NCBI GenBank assembly: GCA_965226495.1
Contig: OZ245365.1
Coordinates: 5,440,001 to 5,504,000 of the forward strand
Length of the DNA stretch: 64,000 nt
Reading direction: 5' to 3'
Origin: Candidatus Marinacidobacterales bacterium
GTDB lineage: Bacteria > Acidobacteriota > Vicinamibacteria > Marinacidobacterales > DATDRI01
Part shown: in pieces, positions 1 through 10,761 of the stretch
Position numbering within the stretch: the first letter of the stretch is position 1
Layout of the letters: every line of letters begins with the position of its first letter
Made by a program: the position numbers and the translations under genes
The notes under the pieces: model-generated
The model's database searches: none
The model's input: only the letters and a program-made list of their open reading frames with translations
What the model was told of the DNA's origin: nothing

Positions 1-1
1 C

Positions 2-2287
2 GTAGATCGACATCTGCTCCTCGCCCGGTAAATGAAGAGTGACTCCTCCTTCTGTCCCAGGGGCAAGCTGATTCCTGATGCGAATGTTGCCGAACGTTCC
101 TCTCACCATGACACGATCGTTACCACGGCGAGATCCAAAGGAGTTGAAATCCTTCTTCTGGACGCCGTGCTCGATTAGGTATCTGCCCGCTGGACCATCC
201 TCGGGTATGGCTCCTGCCGGCGAGATGTGATCGGTCGTCACCGAATCCCCGAGCAGCGCCAGGACTCTCGCTCTCCGGATCTCCTCGACGGGAGGTGGCT
301 CCTTGGAGAGACCCTCAAAGAACGGCGGCTCCCGGATGTAGGTGGAGTCGGGCCGCCAATCGTACAGCTCGCCACCGCTTACTGGAACGGCGTTCCACTC
401 CGGGTTTCCATCCCAGACGTTTCCATAGATTTCGTGGTACATCTCAGGCTTGATGGCCTGGTTGACGCCCTCCACGATCTCCCGCTGCGATGGCCATATA
501 TCACGAAGGTAAACCGCTTTTCCTTTGGCGTCCTCACCGAGTGGGTCCTTGGTCAAATCGATATCGATTGTCCCGGCAAGCGCATAGGCAACTACCAGAG
601 GTGGCGATGCCAGGTAGTTCGCCTTGACCAAGGGATGAATGCGTCCTTCGAAATTTCGGTTGCCAGAGAGCACGCCCGCGGCTACCAACTGTCCCTCTTG
701 GATCGCATCGGCGACTGGTTGAGGCAAGGGGCCGCTGTTCCCAATGCATGTCGTGCAACCGTACCCCACGAGGTAGAAACCGAGCTTCTGCAGCGGATCG
801 GTAAGTCCGGCGACATCGAGATACTGCGTTACGACCTTGGAGCCCGGGGCGAGACTGGTCTTCACGTAGGATGGTACCTTGAGACCACGCTCCAGAGCCT
901 TCTTCGCAAGGAGCCCGGCTCCGATCATGACCGACGGGTTGGAGGTGTTGGTACAAGACGTAATGGCCGCGATCACCACGGCACCGTGCCCCATCGTTTC
1001 TTCCGTTCCGTTGAAGCCCACCGGAACGGTCCGCGATACATCCGACGCCGCTAAGCCGAACCCTCGTTCCTTCGGCGAAGCCTTCAAGGACTCCCCAAAC
1101 GCTTCCTTCATATTAGCGACAGACACTCGATCCTGTGGGCGTTTCGGCCCAGCGAGGCTCGGCTCGACGGTTGCCAGGTCCAACTCAAGCGTGTCGGTAT
1201 AGTCCGGATCGGGAGTCTCGTCGTTACGGAAGAGTCCCTGCTCTTTGGTATAGCGCTCGACAAGACCCACTAGCTCCTCGGAGCGGCCGGTGCGACGGAG
1301 GTAGTCGAGGGTTTCCTGATCCACCGGAAAGAATCCCATCGTCGCGCCGTACTCGGGCGACATGTTGGCGACCGTTGCCCGGTCGGGAAGAGACATTTGC
1401 GAGAGGCCGCTCCCATAGAATTCCACAAATTTATCGACCACTCCTTTTTCCCGTAGCTTTTGCGTAACGGTCAGTACGAGGTCGGTCGCGGTGACACCTT
1501 CACGGAGCTCTCCCTTCAACTTGAAACCGACGACCTTGGGCATCAAGAGGTAAAGCGGCTGGCCAAGCATTCCGGCCTCCGCCTCGATGCCTCCTACTCC
1601 CCAACCCAGCACTCCCAACCCATTGATCATTGTGGTGTGAGAATCGGTGCCCACCAGTGTGTCCGGGAATGCACGGAGCTCTCCTTTTTGCTCTCGCAAT
1701 CCGACGACGGTCGCGAGGTATTCCAAGTTGACCTGATGCACGATGCCGGTGGCGGGAGGAACCACTCGGAAGTTGTCGAAGACCTCCCTTCCCCAACGTA
1801 GAAACTCGTATCTTTCACGGTTCCTTTTGAACTCGATCTCCGCGTTCCTTTGGTAAGCCGTGGGGGTGCCGAAGACATCTACCTGCACGGAATGGTCGAT
1901 GACGAGATCCACCGGTACGTCCGGATTGATCCTCTTGGGATCGCCGCCCAAGCGATTGACAGCCGTCCGCATCGCCGCCAAGTCGACTACCGACGGGACT
2001 CCGGTAAAGTCCTGCAAAACAACTCGCGCCGGCTGGAAAGGAATTTCGCGATCGCCGGGATTCCTCGCCTGCAACCCGGCAAGAGCCGACACATCGTCTT
2101 CGGTTACGAGATTCCCGTCACAGTTTCGAAGGGCCGCTTCCAGCAAGATCTTTACCGAGAAGGAGAGCCGTGAAACGGCCCCCAGGCCAGCTTTCTCCAG
2201 CCGGTCGAGGCGGTAGATCGTGGCACTTCCGCTGCCGGTGTCGATGCTCGATCGAGCCCCGAAGTGGTCTTTGGGTTGCTGGGCCAT
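2..2287 (-). CDS. acnA: aconitate hydratase A (3' end outside window)
   Basis: Manual minus-strand translation from the ATG at 2287: [13 protein letters not shown]...[13 protein letters not shown]...[13 protein letters not shown]...[13 protein letters not shown]...[13 protein letters not shown]...YLIEHGV...[10 protein letters not shown]. Not in the ORF track because it runs off the window edge. Confidence 0.95.
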   Translation of the reverse strand, partial: MAQQPKDHFGARSSIDTGSGSATIYRLDRLEKAGLGAVSRLSFSVKILLEAALRNCDGNLVTEDDVSALAGLQARNPGDREIPFQPARVVLQDFTGVPSVVDLAAMRTAVNRLGGDPKRINPDVPVDLVIDHSVQVDVFGTPTAYQRNAEIEFKRNRERYEFLRWGREVFDNFRVVPPATGIVHQVNLEYLATVVGLREQKGELRAFPDTLVGTDSHTTMINGLGVLGWGVGGIEAEAGMLGQPLYLLMPKVVGFKLKGELREGVTATDLVLTVTQKLREKGVVDKFVEFYGSGLSQMSLPDRATVANMSPEYGATMGFFPVDQETLDYLRRTGRSEELVGLVERYTKEQGLFRNDETPDPDYTDTLELDLATVEPSLAGPKRPQDRVSVANMKEAFGESLKASPKERGFGLAASDVSRTVPVGFNGTEETMGHGAVVIAAITSCTNTSNPSVMIGAGLLAKKALERGLKVPSYVKTSLAPGSKVVTQYLDVAGLTDPLQKLGFYLVGYGCTTCIGNSGPLPQPVADAIQEGQLVAAGVLSGNRNFEGRIHPLVKANYLASPPLVVAYALAGTIDIDLTKDPLGEDAKGKAVYLRDIWPSQREIVEGVNQAIKPEMYHEIYGNVWDGNPEWNAVPVSGGELYDWRPDSTYIREPPFFEGLSKEPPPVEEIRRARVLALLGDSVTTDHISPAGAIPEDGPAGRYLIEHGVQKKDFNSFGSRRGNDRVMVRGTFGNIRIRNQLAPGTEGGVTLHLPGEEQMSIY

Positions 2288-2309
2288 GTCTCGCCTTTCA
2301 TTACTTAAT

Positions 2310-2445
2310 GCTCGCTCGCCTCCACGGCTCGCTCGCGGCCCTCGCTCTTCGCTCGGGCCCGAAACCACGGCCGGGTTCCCTTGCCATGTAGTTCGTGGGC
2401 AATTCCTCCCGGCCGGCGGCGCTCACGCGCCGGTGCTCGCTCGTG
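2310..2445. repeat. REP/MITE-like GC-rich palindromic element upstream of acnA
   Basis: Repeated GCTCGCTCG units and a long stem GGCCGGG...TTGCC...GGCAA...CCCGGCC. Confidence 0.4.
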
Positions 2446-2542
2446 AGCTCTTCATTCTGACTGTTCTCTGTTCGACTTTCCAGTTTCTTCGTGTTCACAC
2501 CCTTCGTTGAAAGTGGGGAGTTTACTGCTATACACTGCTGCC

Positions 2543-3298
2543 ATGGCCGACAAGCAGGCTCCCTTTGATTTCGGCAGGGCGCTTCGTTTCTTCTTCGAAG
2601 ACCCCAAGTGGGTGACTAAGATTATCCTGGGCAGCCTCTTTGCCATGCTTTCCTTCTTTTTCGTGGGGACGTTTTTCATCGCCGGCTACGTCGTGGGCAT
2701 CACCCGCCGAACCGCACGCGGTGAATCACAACCGCTTCCCGAGTGGGACGATTTGGGGACTCTCTTCGTCGACGGAGCAAGGGCCCTCGCCGTCTACTTG
2801 GGCCACCTCATCCCCCTCGGCCTCCTCGCCACCGTACTTGCTCTCGCGGTGGGCGGCGTCTTTCAATCCGAGAATACCCCGGATTCGCTTCGCATCATGG
2901 CCATGCTGATCGTTTTCGCCGGCTATGTCCTCGTTACCATTGCGAGTATCGCCGTTCTCCTGTACCTCCCGGCAGCCTTCACTCGATTCGTGGTCCAAGA
3001 TAGTGTGGCCGCGGCGTTCGATGTCCGGGAGAACTTCCTGTTCATCAAGCGAAACTTGGCGAATTACGGCCTGGCCTTACTAGCGATTCTCACCGCCAGT
3101 TTTCTGTCTCAGTTCGGCATCATTCTCTTTTGCATTGGGATCTTTCCCGCCAGCTTCTGGTCCAGTTCGGTGCTGGGATTCGTCCTCGGCGAAGTCGCGC
3201 GTCAGGACGCAGGTCCGGCCTCGGAACCAGAAAAGACACCGACTACCCCACCGACGACGGACTCGGAGGGGGGCAGCTACACAGAGTTCCTGCCCTAG
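2543..3298 (+). CDS. DUF4013 family membrane protein
   Basis: FFFEDPKWVTKIILG...GY...LPEWDD motif; four hydrophobic helices. Confidence 0.8.
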   Translation: MADKQAPFDFGRALRFFFEDPKWVTKIILGSLFAMLSFFFVGTFFIAGYVVGITRRTARGESQPLPEWDDLGTLFVDGARALAVYLGHLIPLGLLATVLALAVGGVFQSENTPDSLRIMAMLIVFAGYVLVTIASIAVLLYLPAAFTRFVVQDSVAAAFDVRENFLFIKRNLANYGLALLAILTASFLSQFGIILFCIGIFPASFWSSSVLGFVLGEVARQDAGPASEPEKTPTTPPTTDSEGGSYTEFLP

Positions 3299-3328
3299 CC
3301 GCGGTCCGACTCGTTTCACCGAACACGA

Positions 3329-3367
3329 CCCCCTCACCCTACCCTCTCCCCCAAAGGGGGCGAGGGA
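3329..3367. repeat. REP-like intergenic palindrome
   Basis: CCCCTCACCCTACCCTCTCCCCCAAAGGGGGCGAGGG, of the widespread CCCTCACCC...CCCTCTCCC...GAGGG repeat type. Confidence 0.55.
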
Positions 3368-3474
3368 ATAGAGGAATAAGAGCATAACTGTTGCCGCCTT
3401 GCGATCTTCGGTTGCGCTCGCTACACTTCCAATAAGCCCCCAGCGTGCCCAATTAGGATCAAGGAGTGTTTGCG

Positions 3475-4164
3475 ATGCGTAGCCACATCGTTTTCACCGG
3501 CGTCGTTCTTTTGTCGTCCGCCGTTTTCTCGGCCGACAAGTTCGACGAGCGACTTCGACAGAGCGGTACGGTCATGAAAGAGGTTCTCGACATGCCCGAC
3601 TCCGTCCCTTTGGATCTGCTTCACAAGGCCGAGTGTGTCGTGGTGATGCCGTCAGTCAAGAAGTTAGCGTTCGGCATCGGCGGCAGCTACGGTGCGGGCG
3701 CGATGGTGTGCCGGAGCGGGAAGGGCTTCAACGGACCTTGGGGACCTCCATCCATGTACCGTCTCGATGGAGGCAATATCGGATTCCAGATCGGAGGCCA
3801 GGCCACCGACTTCATCCTACTCATCATGAACCCAAAGGGAGCAAACGCACTGCTGAAGAGCAAGGTGAAACTAGGAGCCGATGCGTCCGCCGCCGCCGGC
3901 CCCAAGGGTCGAGCCACCGGTGCCGCGACCGACGCGACGATGCACGCGGAGATTCTGACGTACTCTCGTAACCGTGGTTTATTCGCCGGCGTTTCCTTGG
4001 AAGGCTCGAGTCTGCGACCGGACAATAATGCGAACGAAGAGGTTTATGGTTACGAAATCTCGGCGCGCGACATCGTCTTGGAAAGCAAGGTCGCCACCCC
4101 AGCCGCGGCCAGCAAGCTAGTACGATTACTCCAAGAGGCGTCTCCGAAAAACCTATCCGACTAG
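3475..4164 (+). CDS. lipid-binding SYLF (Ysc84) domain protein
   Basis: Signal peptide; GGSYGAG, GFQIGGQATD, LGADASAAAGPKGR, YSRNRGLFAGVSLEG; AAGGAG RBS. Confidence 0.9.
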   Translation: MRSHIVFTGVVLLSSAVFSADKFDERLRQSGTVMKEVLDMPDSVPLDLLHKAECVVVMPSVKKLAFGIGGSYGAGAMVCRSGKGFNGPWGPPSMYRLDGGNIGFQIGGQATDFILLIMNPKGANALLKSKVKLGADASAAAGPKGRATGAATDATMHAEILTYSRNRGLFAGVSLEGSSLRPDNNANEEVYGYEISARDIVLESKVATPAAASKLVRLLQEASPKNLSD

Positions 4165-4229
4165 CGTCTCGTCTCGGAAGTGATGTTAGCATCGAGAGCG
4201 TCGAGGCGCCCGGATCGCAAGGCGCGGCG

Positions 4230-5141
4230 CTACTTTCGGATTTCTTCCATCTCTTCCAGTGTCCGCGGCCAGTCAGCCTTGAGCAATCGCGAAAGCGCCC
4301 TATCGGCGAGAAGCTTCCCTCCCGTCTGGCACGACGCACAATAGTTCGTCTCGTTCTTGGCATAAACGATTCGTTGCACCGGCGAGTCGCAAACGGGGCA
4401 AGGCTTGCCGTAACGACCGTGCACTGCCATCGCCGGCCGGAAAGCGGTAACCTTCTTCGGGAACTCTCCACCGGCTTCTTTGCGGAGTCTTTCGGTCCAC
4501 TCTCGAAGCGCCTCGCGGGTTGCATGATAGAGCCGCTCCACCTCGTCGTCGTCGAGTCTTTGGGTCCACTTTATAGGGGATAGCCCCGCCCGATGGAGGA
4601 TCTCGTCCGAGTAAGCGTTACCGATACCGCTAAAGAGCCTCGGATCAGTCAGAGCGCGCTTCAGAGTGTGGTTCTCGCTAAGAAGAACTCTCCGAAACAC
4701 TCCCAGTTCGGCTTCCAGCACTTCGATCCCACCGGGGTTCACCGTCGAGAGACCAGCCTGCCCGCGCACTAAATGAAGCGAGGCGCGTTTCTTGGAGCCG
4801 GCCTCGGTGAGAAGGAGCGTGCCCGAGCTGAAGTCGAACGCGGCTAGCCCCCTTTTGCCGGGCATCTTGGGTCTCGTCTCGTGGCTCGCGCTTGGCTTCC
4901 ATTGAAACCGGCCCGCAATCATCAGGTGAATCACCAGGAAGACGTCTCCCTCGAGACCTATGACGATTCTCTTGCCGATCCGTCGCAGCCCGACTACTCT
5001 TCTCCCGTCGGCGTCCGCAAGCGGCGGGTCCACCGAACGCAGGAGGAACGGGCTGGCGATGCGGATCCTCTCGAGAGTCTGATTGAGAATCCTCGCTTCC
5101 AGAGCTTCGACATACACCGTGACATCGGGCAGTTCCGGCAT
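4230..5141 (-). CDS. Fpg/Nei family DNA glycosylase
   Basis: N-terminal MPELPDV, HLMIAG, H2[14 protein letters not shown]-terminal CPVC..CASC zinc finger. Confidence 0.9.
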   Translation of the reverse strand: MPELPDVTVYVEALEARILNQTLERIRIASPFLLRSVDPPLADADGRRVVGLRRIGKRIVIGLEGDVFLVIHLMIAGRFQWKPSASHETRPKMPGKRGLAAFDFSSGTLLLTEAGSKKRASLHLVRGQAGLSTVNPGGIEVLEAELGVFRRVLLSENHTLKRALTDPRLFSGIGNAYSDEILHRAGLSPIKWTQRLDDDEVERLYHATREALREWTERLRKEAGGEFPKKVTAFRPAMAVHGRYGKPCPVCDSPVQRIVYAKNETNYCASCQTGGKLLADRALSRLLKADWPRTLEEMEEIRK

Positions 5142-5315
5142 GGTGTGAGCTTCATCCTCCCATAAAGAAGCAAAGCTGGGAAAGCTCGATTAAACTCCCG
5201 GATGTATAATTGCCGTCTGCCCGGCATCTGGCCACTTTAATAATGGCACCGGGCTATTTTGATGCCCAGCAAGGTGGCACATCGTATTTTGACGCAATTG
5301 CGGAGGAGGAGTTCA

Positions 5316-6092
5316 ATGACCGATCGACGCTTCGAGGGGAAAATCGCGCTGGTCACCGGGGCTACCAGCGGGATCGGTAAGGCGACCGCGGAGGCCTTCG
5401 CCCGTGAAGGGGCGAAGTTAGCGCTGGTGGCCCGCCGAAAGGACGCCCTTGCAGAACTCGCCCGTGCCATGGAGTCCGACGGAGGCACCGCTCTCCCCCT
5501 CGCTGGGGATGTCACACGCGAGGAAGATCGAACGCGCATCATTGACGAGCTGACCTCCGAGTTGGGGGGCCTCGACATTTTGGTCCACGCCGCGGGAATC
5601 ATCGCCTTCGGCACCATCGAGAACACGAGCCTCGAAGCCTGGCAGGAGATGTTCGATATCAACGTGGTCGCAGTGTACCGACTGACTCAACTCGCCTTAC
5701 CGCTCATAACCCCTCGCAAGGGTAACGTGGTCATCGTTTCCAGCGTGACCGGTTTGCGTTCTTTTCCTGGCGTGCTCGCCTACTGCGCTAGCAAAGCGGC
5801 CGTGGATCAACTCGCGCGGTGCGCAGCCCTAGAGCTCGCCGACAAAGGGGTGCGCGTGAATGCGGTGAACCCGGGCGTGGTCGTAACCAACCTGCACCGG
5901 GAGGGTGGGCTCGAAGAGGAGGCCTACCAAGCGTTCCTGGAAAAAAGCAAGACCACCCATCCGTTGGGACGAGTCGGGACGCCCGAAGAGCTCGCCGATC
6001 TCATACTATTCCTCTCCTCGGACAACGCGAGTTGGATCACCGGCGCCACCGTACCCATCGACGGCGGGCGCGCCCTCACCTGCGCTCGCTAG
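5316..6092 (+). CDS. SDR family oxidoreductase
   Basis: TGATSGIG, YCASK, VNAVNPG; GGAGGAG RBS. Confidence 0.92.
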   Translation: MTDRRFEGKIALVTGATSGIGKATAEAFAREGAKLALVARRKDALAELARAMESDGGTALPLAGDVTREEDRTRIIDELTSELGGLDILVHAAGIIAFGTIENTSLEAWQEMFDINVVAVYRLTQLALPLITPRKGNVVIVSSVTGLRSFPGVLAYCASKAAVDQLARCAALELADKGVRVNAVNPGVVVTNLHREGGLEEEAYQAFLEKSKTTHPLGRVGTPEELADLILFLSSDNASWITGATVPIDGGRALTCAR

Positions 6093-6175
6093 CATCCCGT
6101 ATCAGTGGCGCCCCGGGTGCTCGACGGAACGCTCTGGTAGGCCGGTCCGTGACGGCGGTTCGCATCCAGTCGAGA

Positions 6176-7831
6176 TCATCGTGCGGCGGCCCTGGTCTGT
6201 TTAAAGCGGAGGACACCCTCCACCGTCAGCCAAACCGCCAGCACCAAAAGGATCAGGCCCACCGCTAGCAGCAAATAGCTCTCCCCATTGTAGAAGTCTC
6301 TCACGTTCAAAATCATCGCTACCATCGTGGTGATCAACATGAAGATCATCGGGATCAACGTGAAGAGATAGTTCGCTCGCCGCTGGATGAGATAGAGGGT
6401 GACGGTGAGGAGGGTGAGTCCCCCAAGAATCTGGTTCGTCGTTCCGAAGAGCGCCCAGAGAGCCAATCCCGCCGGCTGGCCGTTCACTTTGAAGAACGCA
6501 AAAAAGCCGATGGCCGCAACGGCGAGAAGAGACGACACGTAGCGATTGCCCAGTGCCGGGAGTCTTACCGTCGCCGATACTTCCTGGATGTTGAAGCGGA
6601 GGAGACGGGTCCCCGAATCCAGAGTGGTCAAGGCAAAAGAAACCGCGACCAAGGCCACGAAAGCCCGGCCTGTCGACTCGGGAATCCCGAGCTGACTCAG
6701 AAAGAGCCCCGACCCGTTGATAAAGGCAGACATACTCTGGCCCAGTCCGCGCGCTACGTCCCAGCTCGCGTAGTGCTCGCGCCACGCCGTGGCGTTGGCA
6801 AAGCCAGCCGTCGTCGCCAATACCGCTGCTAGGCCAAGCAGGCTCTCTCCGATCATCCCCCCGTAACCGATGAAGGTCGCATCGGTCTCCTTGTCGATCT
6901 GCTTGGCGGTGGTTCCAGAGGAAACGAGGCCGTGGAAACCGGAGATAGCTCCGCAAGCGATCACGATGAAAACGAACGGAAAGAGCGGCGGCGCGCCCTC
7001 GGGATGGGTCTGCACCGCGGGCGCCACGAACTCCGGGTTTAGGATCAGAAATCCGACGAAAATAGATCCGAGACCCAGATAGAGGATCAACGAATTGAGA
7101 AAGTCACGAGGCTGAAGCAACAACCACACCGGGAGCACGGAAGCCAGGAAGGCATAGACGAGGAGAATGCTGTTCCATCCGTCGACGGATAGATCTGGCT
7201 TGGGCAATCGAAGTCCTAGGTAAACGGCGACTAGCGTAAGAGCGAACCCCACAGCGGCGAGGGGACCCAGCGGTACTCCTTTCTTGTAGAAGAGGATTCC
7301 GATGGCCACCGCGAGTGTCATGAGCGCGAAACTAGGAAAGACCGCCTCCGGATAGAAAGCGGAGGTAAACAGTTGCGCCACGACCTGAACAAAGACGCCC
7401 ATAGCGAGAGCGATGAGAAAGAAGATGATGGCGTGAAAGAGACTCTTGGCGCGAGGCCCGATGATGGACTCCGCCACCTTGCCGATAGATTTCCCCTTGG
7501 CTCTCATGCTGACGACGAGGGCACTGAAGTCGTGGACCGCTCCGATGAACAGCGTCCCGAAGACCACCCAAATCATGGCCGGCACCCAGCCCCAGATGAC
7601 CGCGATCGCGGGCCCCAGCATCGGGGATAGGCCGGCGATCGAAGCAAAGTGGTGACCGAACAAGACGAACTTTCGACTAGGGACGTAATCGAACCCGTCC
7701 TGGAGCTCGTGCGCGGGCGTAACCGCCTCCGGATCCAGCTCGAAGACCTTCTTGGCTAGATGCCGGGCGTACAAACGGTATCCAAGCAGGTAAGCAGCAA
7801 AGCACGCGAGAGTTGCTGCAGCGGCACTCAT
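6176..7831 (-). CDS. cstA: carbon starvation protein A family transporter
   Basis: TPAH..DG.DYVP, GHHFASIAG, IACGAISGFH, TTLDSGTRL. Confidence 0.9.
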   Translation of the reverse strand: MSAAAATLACFAAYLLGYRLYARHLAKKVFELDPEAVTPAHELQDGFDYVPSRKFVLFGHHFASIAGLSPMLGPAIAVIWGWVPAMIWVVFGTLFIGAVHDFSALVVSMRAKGKSIGKVAESIIGPRAKSLFHAIIFFLIALAMGVFVQVVAQLFTSAFYPEAVFPSFALMTLAVAIGILFYKKGVPLGPLAAVGFALTLVAVYLGLRLPKPDLSVDGWNSILLVYAFLASVLPVWLLLQPRDFLNSLILYLGLGSIFVGFLILNPEFVAPAVQTHPEGAPPLFPFVFIVIACGAISGFHGLVSSGTTAKQIDKETDATFIGYGGMIGESLLGLAAVLATTAGFANATAWREHYASWDVARGLGQSMSAFINGSGLFLSQLGIPESTGRAFVALVAVSFALTTLDSGTRLLRFNIQEVSATVRLPALGNRYVSSLLAVAAIGFFAFFKVNGQPAGLALWALFGTTNQILGGLTLLTVTLYLIQRRANYLFTLIPMIFMLITTMVAMILNVRDFYNGESYLLLAVGLILLVLAVWLTVEGVLRFKQTRAAAR

Positions 7832-7927
7832 AATTCTCCCCCTTTGGAGTCGTTACCTACAGACGGTAGCGGATTATAGGAGAACGCGTTGCGCGGGGCC
7901 ACCCCATCAGATAGGCTTTTCAAACAC

Positions 7928-9223
7928 ATGAGACCCCTTCCAGGATTCCGGGACTTTTATCCCGATGAGCTCGCACATAGAAACTATATCTTCGATACCT
8001 GGCGAAGGGTGGCGCGGAACTACGGCTTTTCCGAATACGACGGGCCTCCGCTAGAGGAATTGGACCTGTATAAGAGGAAGTCCGGTGACGAGATCGTGGG
8101 GCAGCTCTACCACTTCGTCGACAAGGGCGGGCGGGACGTCGCGCTCCGACCTGAAATGACTCCGACCCTCGGTCGCATGATGACCGCACGTGCTACTCAA
8201 CTACCGAAACCCATCAAATGGTTCTCCATCCCCCAACTTTTTCGCTACGAGCGAAAACAAAGGGGCAGACTACGCGAGCACTTTCAGCTGAACATGGACA
8301 TCATCGGCGCCCCCGAGGTCGAAGCGGACGCCGAGCTCCTGGCGGCGGCACTGGATATCCAACGCGCGCTCGGCCTTACCGAAAAGGACGTTGTGGCCCG
8401 CGTCAACGATCGCCGAATTGTGGCCGGGGCCTTGACGCTCCTCGAAGTGACGGAAGAACAAATACCTGCGGTGTACAACGCCATCGACAAGTTTCGCAAG
8501 GTTCCCGACCTGACGTTCCGGGAGCTGCTCGGCGAGGCTGGCGTTCCCCCCAAAAGCATCGAGAGCTTAGCGGGGCTTTGCTCCGGGGACGCCCCACTCT
8601 TCGAGTGGTTCGCTCCGCAAGTCGATCGAGTCGGCCTAGAAGAGACTGCCGGGGCGCTCGCCGCGCTCGAACGCTATATGGATTTGCTGGAAAAGCAAGG
8701 GCTCGGTGATCTCGTGGAAGTCGATTTCTCTGTCGTGCGTGGCCTCGCCTACTACACGGGTATCGTTTTCGAGCTTTATGACCGGCAGGGGGAACTACGG
8801 GCGATTTGCGGCGGGGGTCGTTACGACAACCTGATTGCGGCCTTGGGTGGGCCAGATATCCCTGCCTTGGGCTTCGGGATGGGGGATGTCGTACAGACGG
8901 AACTTCTCAAAGATCGCGGACTCCTGCCTGAGGCTCCCTCGCGCATCACGGTGGCGGTGATTCCGGTGGGTGAGACGCTCACCGATGCGGCCCGCTCGGT
9001 GACCCGAAAGCTGCGGGAAGCGGGGATCTCCGCCGAAACTCCCTTTTCGCCGAACGGCGTGGCTAAGGATCTCAAGGCGGCCAATCGCTCTCACGCTCGC
9101 TTCGCCGTCGTCGTCGGACCCGAAGAGTGGTCGGCAGGGGAAGCGAAGTTGAAGGATCTTCGTTCGGGAGAGGAAGAGCGTCTCTCCATAGAGGGCATCA
9201 TAGAGATTATTGGCCGGAGCTGA
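7928..9223 (+). CDS. hisS: histidine--tRNA ligase
   Basis: GFRDFYP, LRPEMTP, FRYERKQRGRLREHFQ, RGLAYYTG, GGGRYD, C-terminal anticodon-binding domain. Confidence 0.97.
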   Translation: MRPLPGFRDFYPDELAHRNYIFDTWRRVARNYGFSEYDGPPLEELDLYKRKSGDEIVGQLYHFVDKGGRDVALRPEMTPTLGRMMTARATQLPKPIKWFSIPQLFRYERKQRGRLREHFQLNMDIIGAPEVEADAELLAAALDIQRALGLTEKDVVARVNDRRIVAGALTLLEVTEEQIPAVYNAIDKFRKVPDLTFRELLGEAGVPPKSIESLAGLCSGDAPLFEWFAPQVDRVGLEETAGALAALERYMDLLEKQGLGDLVEVDFSVVRGLAYYTGIVFELYDRQGELRAICGGGRYDNLIAALGGPDIPALGFGMGDVVQTELLKDRGLLPEAPSRITVAVIPVGETLTDAARSVTRKLREAGISAETPFSPNGVAKDLKAANRSHARFAVVVGPEEWSAGEAKLKDLRSGEEERLSIEGIIEIIGRS

Positions 9224-9263
9224 GAGCATCGCACCCGTCTTGCCGACTCGTCTCGTCGTAGCT

Positions 9264-9518
9264 TTAACGAAGGCGGACTCTCTCTACCTGTACGTGCTCA
9301 CCTTCCTCGGTCACTCTGAATCGGGCGCTGATCGGAAAAAGGTTGGGAATGCGAAAAGCCGGTAACGGCCGAGAGGGGTCGCGCACGTACTCCTCGCCAT
9401 CTGGAATCAGCGCTCCCACGAAAAGGAGCTCCCTCCACTTGCGGCGCGGGATCTTGAACGAATCCGTCCCTCCTTCGATGTCCAGGAACGGCTTGTCGGG
9501 ACCGGTACGTCGTGCCAT
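9264..9518 (-). CDS. hypothetical protein (~84 aa)
   Basis: MARRTGPDKPFLDIEGG...; fills the gap between hisS and the divergent TrmJ-like gene. Confidence 0.55.
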   Translation of the reverse strand: MARRTGPDKPFLDIEGGTDSFKIPRRKWRELLFVGALIPDGEEYVRDPSRPLPAFRIPNLFPISARFRVTEEGEHVQVERVRLR

Positions 9519-9536
9519 CAGAGCTATAGTGTACCA

Positions 9537-10259
9537 ATGGCTGTCGTCCGGATCGTCCTCGTTCGTCCCGAGCATTCGGCCAACATTGGTGCCGCCGCCC
9601 GGGCCATCGCCAATATGGGACTAGGGGGGTTGGATCTCGTCTCCCCACGCGATTGGCGCACCGTCGAAGCTTGGCGCATGGCCTGGCGGGCAGAGGATAC
9701 GCTAGAACAGGCCCGCGTCTTCGATTCGCTCGACGGAGCTCTCGCCGGGTCCGTTTACACCGCCGGCCTGACCGGGAGATCCGGCGGCCGCGTGGAACCG
9801 ATTCCGGTACGGGCCATGGCCGAGCAAATCGCCTCACTCCCCGACGAAGAGCAAGTGTCGCTGGTCTTCGGACCAGAATCGAAGGGCCTGGCCGAGCAAT
9901 ACCTGCTTCGTTGCCAAAGACGCGTGCGCATCCCCTCTCACCCCGATCAACCCTCTCTAAACCTGGCGCAAGCGGTAATGGTCACGGCCTACGAGGTCTT
10001 CGTGAGCGGCCCCGTATCGGGAGCCTCGGCATCCCATCATCCCGAGCGTGCGGAGCAAGGCGACGTGGAACACGCTTTTGGATTCTTGCGGGACGCCATG
10101 CTCGAAATCGGATTCCTCCCAGTGGAAAACCCGGAGGTTCGCTTCGTCGAGTGGCGTGAGCTTTTCGGCCGAGCTGGGGTTAGCGAACGCGAAGTGAAGC
10201 TCATCCTTGCGCTGGCACGCCGCATCCGCGGAGCACGCCGAGCCGCTAACAACTCTTGA
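9537..10259 (+). CDS. TrmJ/LasT family SPOUT RNA methyltransferase
   Basis: IVLVRP..SANIGAAARA, LVFGPESKGL, SLNLAQAV. Confidence 0.9.
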   Translation: MAVVRIVLVRPEHSANIGAAARAIANMGLGGLDLVSPRDWRTVEAWRMAWRAEDTLEQARVFDSLDGALAGSVYTAGLTGRSGGRVEPIPVRAMAEQIASLPDEEQVSLVFGPESKGLAEQYLLRCQRRVRIPSHPDQPSLNLAQAVMVTAYEVFVSGPVSGASASHHPERAEQGDVEHAFGFLRDAMLEIGFLPVENPEVRFVEWRELFGRAGVSEREVKLILALARRIRGARRAANNS

Positions 10260-10272
10260 GCTGTTGTTGGTG

Positions 10273-10557
10273 CTAAACGCACAGCAGAGTCGTCGTGTGG
10301 GTAACGCCCTTCAGCCCCCCGATGGTACCGGCAACCACGCCCGAAATATCTCCGAGCTCCCCGACCTCGAGGTAGACGACGATGTCAAAAGGGCCGGTAA
10401 CGGGATCGACTCCTTTTACACCAGCCATCTTTTCGAGCTCCCGCATGATGGCCGCCACCCGCCCGGGAAGCGTCTGAACTAGGACGAAGGCACGCACGGG
10501 CTTCGAGGAATGTTCGGAGCGGGCCTTCGAGGATGGCCGTCTCTGCGAACCGCTCAT
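10273..10557 (-). CDS. stand-alone Lrp/AsnC ligand-binding domain protein
   Basis: RAFVLV..PG...VTGPFDIV...GVTHTTTL; AGGAGG RBS. Confidence 0.8.
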   Translation of the reverse strand: MSGSQRRPSSKARSEHSSKPVRAFVLVQTLPGRVAAIMRELEKMAGVKGVDPVTGPFDIVVYLEVGELGDISGVVAGTIGGLKGVTHTTTLLCV

Positions 10558-10761
10558 AGTCTACCTCCTGGGGGTGGGCCTTGACTTTGACCCGAGCACC
10601 GTATCTGATAATATAGAGCTTGCGACGTCAAACCAAACTCGCTTCCGGCCCAGCTGCCAACCGAGCCGGAATTGCCAACCGCTACTGCGGAGGCCAAAAG
10701 TTCCATTAGTTCCATTGACCCCTAATGTCAGAAATTCTCCACGTGTACGTACGGTACAAGT

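Noticed and set aside
227-1054. 275-aa plus-strand ORF and other long antisense ORFs (16304-17125, 27952-28953, 32506-33543, 44357-45094)
   Set aside because: They are shadow frames opposite well-supported genes in GC-rich DNA and show no recognisable motifs.
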